This document shows, one piece after another, positions 1 to 11,934 of a stretch of DNA of 64,000 nucleotides (position 1 is the stretch's first letter; every line of letters starts with the position of its first letter). A model generated the notes under the pieces. The model was not told the origin of the DNA, did no database searches, and saw only the letters and a list, made by a program, of their open reading frames with translations. The DNA lies in NCBI RefSeq assembly GCF_006345805.1, contig NC_043003.1, positions 79,980,001 through 80,044,000 of the forward strand, read 5' to 3'. A program made the translations under genes and the position numbers. This stretch comes from Octopus sinensis (Eukaryota).

Positions 1-174
1 AGATATGTCGTTATTTTTGATATATGTACGGATCACAGTAATTTAGAAATTGCCATCTTTCAAAATGTTTCATGATCTTTTGTATACAAAATTTCGAATG
101 AAATTGAAAGCCTGTATCGAGAATGTTTTAAACATATCAAAGACACAAAACTGTATTGACACAACAACGACGTC

Positions 175-374
175 ACTTATATATATATATATATATATAT
201 ATACAGAGAGAGAGAGAGAGAGAGAAATGCGTGCGTGGGTGTGTGTATGCGTGCGTAGGTGTGTGTGCGAGCGTGTATGCGTATGTGTGTGCGTGTAAGT
301 ATGTGTGAGTAGTATTATATATATGCTACACATATATATTATTATATTATAAATACGCACATAATAAATGCTAT

Positions 375-456
<82 letters not shown>

Positions 457-587
457 TATATATATATAACAGATATATATATATACGCATATATACACAC
501 ATATATATATATATATGTACATACACACCACACACACACACACACATATATATATATACACACACACACACACATATATATATATGT

Positions 588-647
<60 letters not shown>

Positions 648-650
648 GGT
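175..650. repeat. Compound microsatellite (AT)n/(AG)n/(GT)n/(AC)n
   Basis: Dinucleotide tracts seen directly; they produce the IYIY/VCVC pseudo-ORFs. Confidence 0.98.
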
Positions 651-746
651 GCATCAGCATGGCCACAGCTCTGAGCTGAAACTAGAAAAAAAAAAATAAC
701 AATGATAAATCCCAGAGCGAGTTATAAACAGTAGCGGCAACACATC

Positions 747-835
747 GTGACGTATATTTGCCATTTGAATATGGCTAACCATTGAATATGGCTAACTTAG
801 GGGTTAGCCATATTCAAATGGCAAATATACGTCAC
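747..835. repeat. Perfect 34-bp inverted repeat (hairpin), 21-nt spacer
   Basis: gtgacgtatatttgccatttgaatatggctaacc (747-780) is the exact reverse complement of 802-835; the spacer contains a partial third copy (ttgaatatggctaac). Confidence 0.95.
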
Positions 836-859
836 TATATATATATATATATATATGTT

Positions 860-3800
860 GTTATATTTCGGAATGGTCATATTGCCAGTTTAGCCAATTT
901 TCGGTATTGTGCATCGTCCCGTGTACATTTGTGAAAGGGAACAATTTTGAATTTTCCGTACCTGCATATTTTCAGATGTTACTTAATGGAATCTTGTGCA
1001 ATTCCTCTTGTTGGATATGTTGTCTGTGGGTTCTTGCACATTGCTAGAAGGAATTATTTGTTTCGCCAATGTAATTTTCTTTGCAGTTTGGACAGGTAGT
1101 GCAGTATATGAGGTTTTGCATTTTGCAGTTCATATCTGCATGTATTTTGAAAAGGGATACGCTCTTGAATTTTATGTGGGAACCAGTTTCTAAGTATTTG
1201 AAGTTTTTGCATTTTCCACATCTATCTCCACATTCTTTTACAAAGAATTCTGATTGATTCTCCGATTTGAAGTACGCTCTTGTGAACTGTTTTTTAAGAT
1301 TTTTTGGAAGGCGTCTACTATTCCATAAGGTTTTCAATCAGATTTTTCATTTTGGGGATTTGTAGGAGTATAAGGAAGTTCGATTTTATGACGTGAAAGA
1401 TGTTGGTTATTCCAGGAGTGTGTGTATTAACGGACGGAATCATGTTTTCATTAACTTTTTCCTTAGGTATCCGTAGTTAGGTGATATTCAGTTTCTTCGC
1501 CTTTTTAATTCTCTCGTTAATTAATCCTAATGGGTATTTCTGCATTGTGAGGAAGTCTTTGAATTCGTTGAGTCGGTTTTCATATATTTTAGGGTCAGTA
1601 ACTATAGCACAGATACGTCTTGCAATACTGTATGGGCTGTTTCTTTTGATGTGTGATGGATGTCAAGAGTAGAAATTTAAACATTGGTGTATGTCAGTTT
1701 TTTTTTTGTATATGTCTGTTGTGACTGCGGAGTTCTGTATTTTTATGTGGATATTCAGGAATGGTAATTCAGTGCAACTGGATTCTGTCTTGAATTTGAT
1801 GGATGGGTGAAGTGTATTCAGTATATTGTTAAATATACTTAGATCTTCATTCAATCAATCCCAGAAGACGAAGCAATCATCAAGGAAGCGTTTCCATTTT
1901 TTAAATGATATATTTCTTGTATTCCTGATCAAAAGTTATTTCTACTTCCTTATCAAGTTTTTCTTCCAAGTATCACATAAATAAGTTTGCATATGAGGGC
2001 GCAAACTGCGTTCCCATAGCCGTGCCCTTTTATCTGTCGATAAAGGTATTTTCTTCTAGTACTAGGCGTGTGGCCTTGGTGATGAAGTCAGTCTTGGAGC
2101 GTTCACGTATCCGCCTCCTATGTTTCTCTAGCCAGTGTTTGATTGCTTCTAGGCCTAAAGTGTGAAGTATATTAGTATAGAGATTGGTGATATCAAAACT
2201 TATATGTATAGTACCTTCCGCGACAGTGTGAAGGAAGTGTTGGATGAAATCTATGCTATCCCGTACATAACTGGGTATTAAGGAGCACAAATGTCTTAGG
2301 AGCATATCTAAAAAATGATTTAGTTGTTGTGTTGGTTCTTGAGGTCCAGCATTTATTGATCTTAGTTTGAGGTCAGCAAGCCTTAGTATTTTTACGTACT
2401 GGTTCCTCTGCTTATTTATGGCACTTTGTATTTCGGAGCTCTTGTAGTTTTTGGGTAATACGTAGAAATTGCTCTGTTTGATTACAGAGTTGCATATATA
2501 ATCTTCCTCCTTGTCTGTGAAGGAATTTTGGAATTAATTGATTAGTCTTCTGATTTTATTCATTATTGATTTTTCTGAGTGTCTTTGTAGTATGTTCGGT
2601 TTGTTAACATATCCAATATTTTATCTTTATTATAGTCCTTATCCATGATTACTATCGCCCCTCCCTTATCGGCTTCTTTTAGGAGGATTGAGGTGTCATT
2701 CTTCCTCTTCTTCTTCACGAAGGTTTTGCTTGCATCTGTGGGTATTTAGGGGAAATTTTGAAATCGTGTCTATATACGCGTCTAATTATTTATCCTTTAC
2801 TTTGTAGGAGATTTATTTCAGACTATTATTCATCATTTAAATCTTTATTGCTGAAGAATTCTATAAGTCGGAGGTGGCGGTTGAAGTGTTCAATATCAGA
2901 TTTCAGTTAAATGAAATTAGGGGTTGGTGTCGGGGTAAACGTGAAACATTTTAATAGGAGGGTCATCTTATTCTTGTTGAGGTTTCTATTTGATAAATTT
3001 ATGAGATTCGGGTCTATATATGTTCTGTGTGTTCATTTAAATTTTGTGTTTTATCGGGTCCCGTGCTTGATTTTGGTATTTTCTCACTACAAAAGGAATT
3101 GTCTTACCATGTCTCCATTTTCTGATTTCGGCGTTCTGGTTCCCATGTAGTTGGGAGGATCGTTTATGCCTTTTATAAATCGGTTGGTTATAAGTTTTGT
3201 TTTCTTCCCATCTTCCATGCTTTTTTCGCCATTCAGGATATATGGTATTTTGGGTCGTAAATCGTGGGTTGCTTGAGTGTTATCATGATGATTATTATTC
3301 ATATTATAGTACCTGTGATGTCCGTATTTCATTTGTCTTCCTTCCCATGTATTCACCCATCTAGCGTAATGTTATTACGGGTTGGTGTCTTTCATGTGTT
3401 TTTTCCTTTGAATTTATCCATGTGTTTGAAATTATGTGTTGATGGTTGTCTTCTATATTTCATGTGTTGGCAATTTGCAGTGTTATGTACTGTAGAATAT
3501 GGGTTTCTAGACTGTATTCTGGTGAGATGGGGGTCATTTCCGCGTATGTTCTTCGGTAATTAGAAATTCGATACCTTAGTCTGGTTCCTCTGGGGTCGGT
3601 GTCTACGTTTGTTTTCGATTTCTTCGTATTTTTTTTTGTTGTGGTTTCGTTTCCATAACGGATTTTTCTCCGTGTTTTTTTTTTATAGTGAACCACTCTT
3701 GTAGTTTTTCCCACATTTTCATGGATTTTTCTTCTTCCTGCTTTGTGTCTTCTTCCCATAGATTTTGCAGTTTTACATCACATTGATTGTCACTCCGATC

Positions 3801-4510
3801 AGCGATTTCAGCAAACATAACTGGGTCAATTGTTTTTACTTTATCTTCGTGTCGTATCTTTCGTGATTTCAGAAGAGCGACTTCTGCTTCTAGTCGGCAT
3901 AAAGCTAAATTCGCACGAATTGTTGTCTCTTCCAGTGATTCATTTCTTATTTCTTTAATAAGAAATTTTCTGGGCAGGATTGGGTTTTCTTTGCTTCGCC
4001 AATTCTGGTAGGTTTTGACTATATCGTTGCATCGAATGTTTTTCCAATATGCATGTTTCCGTTGATTAAGAAGTTTCTTTCAGAGATGTGGTTTCAAGTA
4101 ATTTTGTTGTATATCAAGTCTTGCTATTTCCTTGTTGTTATTCGTCTCTGTTGTTAGAGTACTTTGTGTATGGGTATCATTCATAGCTTTATCTGCATTG
4201 GTGATGGTGCATTGGTGTCAAGTCTTGAGACAAGTAAATTCAAGTTAGATATATCTGTGAGAAGTTCTGCATTTTTGGCATTTTCCGGCTGCGAGTTTGA
4301 TTGTGATCCATTCATTTTGGCGCCTTGTACATCTAAGGAGGTATGTATACAATGTTAGGTGTAGTGTACAGAAATTGAATATTGAGAAAAAAGTCATCAG
4401 AAGTTTGGGAAAAAAATCTTTTTATTTCTTCATGAGCGCTTTCATTCGTTTCTCGAACATGTCAAATTGTAAAAATTTTGTGAATGTACAAACAGCTTGT
4501 TTATTTATAT
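860..4510 (-). mobile_element. Penelope-like element (Neptune-type), near full length, decayed
   Basis: Minus-strand fragments: probable ATG at 4315; RT motifs SYVRDSIDF, SFDITNLYTNI, KGTAMGTQFAPSYANLF, WKRFLDDCF; thumb LNTLHPSIKF..LPFLNI..TDIYKKKTD; Cys linker CGDRCGKC; GIY-YIG NLIYCTTCPNCKENYIGET. Multiple stops and frameshifts. Confidence 0.9.
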
Positions 4511-4949
4511 AAAACATGTTTTGGGTGGGGGGGATTGTTGAGAAGAACAGAACATTGTTTTTGTTTTTGTGGGTGAGGTTCCATCACAATGGAGATTGAT
4601 AGATAGAAATATAGGTAGGTTGATAGGCTGATAGATAGATGGATAAAGAGATAGATAGATAGTCAGGTAGATAGATAGACAGGTAGGGAGAGGGAGGCAG
4701 AGAAGGTTGATTCCCCTTCATATTCACCATTCATTTATTTATTTAGTCATTTACCATTGTATCGGAATGGTTTAAGGATGGTGACCGCTTAAAATAAACA
4801 AAACAAATGTACTCAAATTAATTATTGTAAAGCTGCGGTAAGAAATCAACAGAAGATTAATTTTGACCCATAATGCCTGCAATAACCTGTGGAAAAACAA
4901 ATGATTTCGCGTGAGTACTGTATACATTTATCCTGTGATTCTATTGAAT

Positions 4950-6944
4950 ATATACGCACCTGCGATTTTATTAAATTCATAGAGCACTCAGAATTTACGC
5001 ACACGCTTTTGAATTTTCACTCATATATCTCGGTTGAAAACCCTCCCCTTAAAACTAACGGCCACAACAAGACTATATGTATCAAACTATCACACAATTT
5101 TTCAAAACTCAAACTCCCTTCAGTTTTGAACTACAAATTTCCTCATCAAAGCCGAAAGTTCTGCACTATCATATACATATCATATACATATTTTATCTCC
5201 AAGCATCTCTAAATATTTATCTCAAATACAAATACAATCTACACTAATTCTTCACTGTTGTAGTATACGTTTCTACACAACTAAACACTAACGCAAAGAG
5301 TAAATCAATAATTAACTAACAAATATATTAAAAATAAAGCCAAAACTCTAAGATGACTACTCAACAAGAAAAATCTAAGCAAAATTGGTCTGAGAATAAA
5401 ATAGACCTTCTGATAAATTCATGGTACTGTCTTACCCAAACGGAGAACATAGGCACATCATGCCGCGACCTAATAGCCAGACGTATAATTCAACTTTTCA
5501 GAAACCGCTCCGAGAAGCAGATTCAAAACAAACTTAAACAAGCTGGAATGGCATTTAAATTAATTAATAGACATTTTGAAAACCTCCAACGTGTTTTCTC
5601 TTCAAATACTGGTCACAGCAACAACAACAACACTCACCACAGTAACAACAATAGCAACCATCACAGCAACAACAACGACCACCTCAGCAAAAACAACAAT
5701 CACCACAGCAAAAACAACCTCAACCACAGCAGGAGCAACTGACCCAGCCTCAACATTTAACACTCCTTAATTCAAACACAATTGATGACCTACTTAATGA
5801 AACGGTCAACTTCTCAGACTCCAGCTGTTCACAGCCAATTTGACCAGAGGTTGTCACCCACCCACCCATCAAGTTTTCAACAGCAGCAACAATTACGGCA
5901 ATAAGAATCAAAACATCAACAACTACAGCTACAGCAACCACCTCAAAAACAGCAACAGTCAGAGCTTCAACTTACTACTATCCCAATTTGTGATCAACCA
6001 ACTAAATGCTTAATTAAGATCCCTTAATGTACACAAATTAAAATCTATGCCTCTCACAGCCCTCACACCCCAAAATATACCTATTTCTTTATTACCCACA
6101 AGGGGCTAAACAAGGACAGACATAGGTATTAAGTCGATTACATCGACCCCAGTGCGTAACTGGTACTTAATTTATCGACCCCGAAAGGATGAAAGGCAAA
6201 GTCGACCTCGGCGGAATTTGAACTCACATCGTAACGACAGACGAAATACGACCACGCATTTCGCCCGGCGTGCTAACGTTTCTGCCAGCTCGCCGCCACA
6301 AAATATACCGCTATTCACTACACAAGAGGCTATGCACTGGCACTGACTGTAAATTCACTCATATACCAGGGACTAGACGCTCAATCCCTCCTCACAACAG
6401 TCGCTACCATCAAAGTGCAAAATCTAAAACAACGCCATTACCACCACCGCCACCAACCTCATCAAATACTAATTCAATTTTTTTTAAAAATCACTCATAT
6501 TACACGGAACCCAACAGTCTGCCGCTATTCCCAGCGTAACAAATTACGTCTACAGTATAATTGTCCATTTACCCATCTCCCGGCGACTCACCGCTCAAAT
6601 AAAAAGTCAAATACAAAACCTACAACCACGAACATTTTCAGTTCTCCAAATAGAATTCTCTTTCAGTCATAATGAATCTCGCAAAAAAGCTGCAAAAAGA
6701 CATTCTAGCCATCACACAATGCCACTCTCCACCGCTACCCATTGTTGCTATTGACAACCAAATCATCAAAACAGTCAAAATCAGTCACCGGTATCGCCTC
6801 AACATTTTTGCTCAATGCACAAGGCATCAGCCGTTCCACCAATGCCCCAAAATGGAAGATCCAATTTATTGATGACTGGGTTGATGGCCACTCACACCAT
6901 ATCCCCTTTTTCTTCCTCACAGAAACGCATCTCAATAATTTCCA

Positions 6945-6950
<6 letters not shown>
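4950..6950 (+). mobile_element. 5' fragment of an APE-type LINE: ORF1 with Myb/SANT-like domain and two degenerate CCCH fingers, then the start of the endonuclease
   Basis: 5353-5560 WSENKIDLLINSW..RSEKQIQNKLK; CCCH-like RYSLHKRLCTGTDCKFTH and VCRYSQRNKLRLQYNCPFTH; LLNAQGISRS..KWKIQFI..FFLTETHL resembles APE domains I-II; ends at (TA)n near 6950. 5' boundary uncertain. Confidence 0.65.
6082..6298 (-). mobile_element. tRNA-derived SINE family A (Deu/Nin-like core), young copy
   Basis: Reverse complement of ggcggcgagctggcagaaacgttagcacgcc..tcgactttgcctttcatcctttcggggtcgataaattaagtaccag..aaagaaatagg; 11-bp TSD caaaatatacc at 6071-6081 and 6299-6309. Confidence 0.92.
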
Positions 6951-6983
<33 letters not shown>

Positions 6984-7539
6984 CACATATATATACAGTT
7001 TACATCTACTTAATTCCCTCAAAAGTCATTGGTCGGTAAAGAACATTCCATAAGACACTCAATATACCGATGAGAGACACTGAACGCGAAAACATGTGGT
7101 TAGGAATCGAACGTTTTAACCAAGTATGGATGTAGTCATGTATGTGTATATCGTTGTTCATAGAAAGAAGTGAAAATTACTAAATGCATGAAATAGAATT
7201 CATTATAATAATTACGTGAAACGAACTGAGATTTTCACTGCTGTAACTTTGAGTTTTGTGTCTTCACTTATCCAAATCGTCATTATGTTTTCGTTTTATG
7301 GAAATTGCTGTTTTCGATTGACACTTTTTCAACTACCGCACCTTAATAAAAATACATAGTAACTTTCTGGCATGTCTTCCACACATGCGGTTTCATTTTT
7401 GTGATTGTTATTCCCTACTTGTCTCATTCCACTCGGTATTAAATCACTTTTGCATTCCCAGTGTTGTATAGATTATCAAGTTCACTTTCATTTCCACTCT
7501 CTCAGAAATATATCCTCTCTCAACTTTAGAGTTCATATT

Positions 7540-7690
7540 GGCGCAGGCATGGTTGTGTGATAAGAGGGTTGCTTCCACATCATGTGGTTTTGCAAACGGT
7601 CCCACAGCATGGCAACTTGATTAAGTGTCAACTCACATTGTTCTGGGCTGACTAAAGCCTTGTGAGTGGATCTGATAGACAGAAAGCAGC
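7540..7690 (+). mobile_element. SINE family B, degenerate
   Basis: ggcgcaggcatggttgtgtgataag..gactaaagccttgtgagtggatctgatagac, homologous to the copy at 53181. Confidence 0.75.
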
Positions 7691-8539
7691 TCGAAACGTA
7701 AAAAACTTTCTCACCTTCGTGAGCTTCAAACTAATACAACTGCTTATTGTTTATACACCTGTCTCATATTTAAAACCAAACTTAAAAATATGATACAACA
7801 TAAATTTTCCCGCTGCCAGAGAGAATTTCGCTATTACCAAATAGCGAATGACACCACCTCCGTTTAAGATGGGGAGATAATTCAAAGAATCAAGAATTGT
7901 CTAAAGAAGAAAAGCCAATCTCGAGTAATGGGGAGTGAAGATTATTGAAGGTATATGGGTATATGTTATATGGAATTTTTGTACGTGTATTTGTTTATAT
8001 TCCAACTTTTACATGTGTGAGAATGCCTTTGAAGTTACAGCTTGTCATCGTCAGACAATAAGGTTGTAAATGTTTACTAAGCATATACACTACAAAAGAA
8101 TATTGAGTACACCTTCAGTTTAATGCTTAATCATTTTCATATATAACCTGCTATGAAAAGAAACATTAACATTATACATATAAGATATTACATAATATGA
8201 TTTATATAATGCAATTTATTGCATAATATATCATATAACATAACGTATTATATAATGCATTGTATTACATAATGTATCATATACATGATATCCAATATAT
8301 TATGTAATATGTGTGTGTGAGTGTATATGTGTATCACTATCTGCGTGTGTGTATATGTTACCGTTTTAGTAGTTTAGCCATTGGAATGCGTTCCTGATGG
8401 GTTTCCGTCTTCAATGCCTCAATCAAAAAAATCAATCTCAATGCTAATTTTTAACGTCTGACCGATACTTTTACGCAAGCAATGGTAGTGAAACAAACAC
8501 AAGCACAAAGATATACATACATTTATATACATATATTTG

Positions 8540-8650
8540 ACGGGCGTCCACACAGTTTCCGTCTGCAAAATTCACTCCCAAGGCTGATGCTGTAATAGAA
8601 GGCAATTGCCTACTACGTCATGTAGTGGGACTGAACCCAAAACCACGAAA
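8540..8650 (-). mobile_element. SINE family B, degenerate partial
   Basis: gacgggcgtccacacagtttccgtctgcaaaattcactc..agtgggactgaaccc is the reverse-complement form of family B. Confidence 0.7.
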
Positions 8651-9164
8651 TTTTTCCAGACACCCATATACAGACACATTCGCGCACGCACACACACCTA
8701 CACAAGCACATTCATGAACTTTCACGCTGATCATAGCCGTCATTCATGTTTCTCGCTCTGTACCCAACGGATCATCGACTGTGTGACAACAGGAAGAAGT
8801 TAGTGATTGATCATCATTTCGAATTAATTTATGATCTTATGATTAATCGCGAGTTCAATAACCTAAGCCTCATGCTGTCTCTCTCCTTCTCTCTCTGGAT
8901 ACATTCATACATACATACATACTTACATAGAGATACATGTATATATATATTTATCTCTACACGTATACATACAGTGACATGTGTAAATATTGGGTTAAAA
9001 CGTCTTATACCTTGAAGTCAAAGCTTTTTCTGTCCAAATAGGTTTTAACCTGTTAGAATAGGAAATATTTATATGCTGTTAAGTGTAGCTTTATCCACTT
9101 CGAGTTCTATAGTTAAAATAGAACTTTTCCCGTCCTCTCGCAGTTTCTAAATTCTTTCGTTATA

Positions 9165-9204
<40 letters not shown>

Positions 9205-9293
9205 TTCGTTTTGGGATTTGTATTTGCTTTGCAAGATTCTTTATATGAGTTCGTGTGTTGAAGTATATTCTGTTGTGTCTGAGGAGAGTAATT

Positions 9294-9330
<37 letters not shown>

Positions 9331-9589
9331 TTTCATGAGCTAAGTTATTCTGTCCAACGCGCTGTGTTATATCAACATTGACATAGACAACACATTTTCC
9401 TCCCGCCTTAGACATGCAACCACATATTGCTGCAGAAGTTATTACAGAATATAAGGACCCGGGTAGTTGACTGATGATTTTATTGATCTCCCTCCACCCC
9501 ATCCCTCAAGCAAATAGCAAAAGTGACGTGACTAAGCACCAGAAGGTATTGCCAGTCGTGCTTCTTTTTCTACCAGCTTGGTCATCATC

Positions 9590-9613
9590 GTCTACTACTA
9601 CTACTACTACTAT

Positions 9614-9700
<87 letters not shown>

Positions 9701-9828
9701 CACTACTACTACTACTAATAATAATAATGATATTAATACTGCTGCTGCTGTTGCTTCTACTGCTGCTGCTGCTATTACAACAACTACTACTACTACTACT
9801 ACCCCCACTACTACTACTACTACTACCC

Positions 9829-9870
<42 letters not shown>
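9590..9870. repeat. (ACT)n trinucleotide microsatellite
   Basis: Long act/tac tract; source of the poly-T and poly-V ORFs. Confidence 0.98.
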
Positions 9871-10099
9871 GATATTTATAAATATATCAAACGTTAGAAA
9901 AATATGATAAATAAAATGATTGTATCCGATTCCTGTGTAGTTTGTATAATTTGGACAGTGTCCAAGAGAAATGGCGTGGAAGCGTTTAGTCCATCGCTTT
10001 AACATAAATTAAGATGCAGAGACAGGAGGGACAGAGAGAAAGATAGAGAAGGACAGTGAACGTGAAAGATAAAGACAGAAAAGATATGAGCATGTAAAA

Positions 10100-10161
10100 G
10101 AGAGGGAAGGAGAGAGAGAGGGATAGGGAGAGAGAGAGGGAGGGAGAGAGAGAGGGATAGG

Positions 10162-10197
<36 letters not shown>

Positions 10198-10200
10198 TTG
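10100..10200. repeat. (AG)n / GA-rich microsatellite
   Basis: Seen directly. Confidence 0.95.
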
Positions 10201-10793
10201 AGCCACTGCGCTCTACTGCATGTGACTAGCTTCTATTTCTTGTGTTTCTATGCGCTGACAAAATATTGATGGAACTGAACTAAATTCAGTGTGTACACCG
10301 TGATATATAGATAGACTTGTGTATAAACACCGCTTATCTACACATATAGGCGTACCTATATATATATGTATGTGTTTGGGGATGTACAGTGATACACGTT
10401 TTATATACGAGTGTCATCTATAATTCATAGTTATCTGTTTGCGTTTATGTCAGTGTGTGTATGTGTATACATGGATGTATTTATGCTCACATACACGTAT
10501 CAGTTAGAGATATTTGCAATGTTCTGTTGATGTTGTGAAGATTTTTTTTTCTAACTCACACAGCCTAATTAGTGTTAAAGAAAGGTCTCGATGGGAAAGT
10601 ACGGATGTTATTGACAGTGATGTGACACAAACGAGAGAAAAAATAACAAAAACAAAGTGAAAGCCTTTGATGACGTGAAATAATCATGCATCCATACACA
10701 TTCTCATACAAACACACAAACGCATACATACACAAGCAGAAGCATACATAAACATATGTATACAAACATATATTCATACATATGTACGCAGAT

Positions 10794-10834
<41 letters not shown>

Positions 10835-11259
10835 CACGCACACATACATATATATTTATACATACATATATGGATTTATACACACATGCACAGATATAAA
10901 TCAACTAATTTGGATACAAAATATCGCAGGACCCATCACTGTACACATTGTATATATTATATGTCTGTCTGCATGTGTGCATACATAAACACATCAGAAT
11001 TAACTTGTCTTGACATGAAAAATTTCTATTTTAAAGAAATGCGGATATACGTGAAGTGAAATATTGTTTGTGTCATCCAATGGTACATCAACGCAATTCG
11101 ATGTCAAGAGAAATGGCTTCGATCAGGAACCGAAACATCGCAGCTGCCTTGATAAACGTGACAGACGGCATAAAAATTATCATTTATATTTCAGTCTTTG
11201 AGATAATTATCTTCAAATTTTGAATATATTTTTCATACCATTATATTTGTACTGGAATA

Positions 11260-11660
11260 AGCCTGCGAGCTTGTATAAAAGTTAGCATACCAGGCAAAAA
11301 ATAGAAAAAATTTCGTTCGTTTTTACATTTTGAGCTCGAGGTCTCGATTTTGCTTTTCATTCTTAGGGTGTCGGTAAAATAAGTACCAGTCAAGTATTGG
11401 GGTCGATATAACCGACTTTCCCCTCCTCTCAAAAAGTGTTGGCCCTGTGCCAAAATTGTATACCACTTACCGTTAGTACTCCAGACAAAACGCCCAGCTT
11501 ATTTCGTCAGTCCTTTTGTTCTGAACACGAGGTTCACTTCGACTTACATCTTTCAGAGAAGATAAAAGAAGTAACAGCTAAGTACTGGGTTTGATGTAAT
11601 CGACCTCTCCCTCCCTCAAAAACTGCTGGATCTGCATCAGAACTGAAATCTATTATTTTT
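11260..11660 (+). mobile_element. Two tandem degenerate family-A-related SINEs
   Basis: Each retains core remnants (cggtaaaataagtaccagtcaagtattggggtcgat; gtactgggtttgatgtaatcgac). Confidence 0.65.
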
Positions 11661-11890
11661 GTAACTACAATAAAAATCTGAGTGATTGATTTAATCGGTT
11701 AGCCAGTTAAGCACTACTATTTCACCATGTTGCCTGTACGTAGGGATTTTTGTTTTGTCGTCTAATTCAAGCCAATTCTCTGGTCTGAATATAAATTTCT
11801 CCTTTCGCTCTGCATGCTTCAGAAGCCCTGAAAAACAGCTTTGGGTACTACTTTTCACCATCTAAGATATTAAAAAATCTTCTACATATA

Positions 11891-11927
11891 GGTGCATGCG
11901 TGGCTGTATGGTAAGAAGCTTGCTTCC
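11891..11927 (+). mobile_element. SINE family B head fragment abutting a LINE 5' end
   Basis: ggtgcatgcgtggctgtatggtaagaagcttgcttcc followed by an abrupt switch to unrelated sequence. Confidence 0.65.
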
Positions 11928-11934
11928 GCGAATG

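Noticed and set aside
50-666. ORFs rich in IY/VC/TH repeats (also at 10565-10988, 19160-19438, 29244-29700, 59662-60009)
   Set aside because: Translations of AT/GT/AC microsatellites; no coding signal.
9474-9872. Mucin-like poly-Thr ORF and poly-Val antisense ORF
   Set aside because: Pure (ACT)n microsatellite with no flanking splice or domain evidence.
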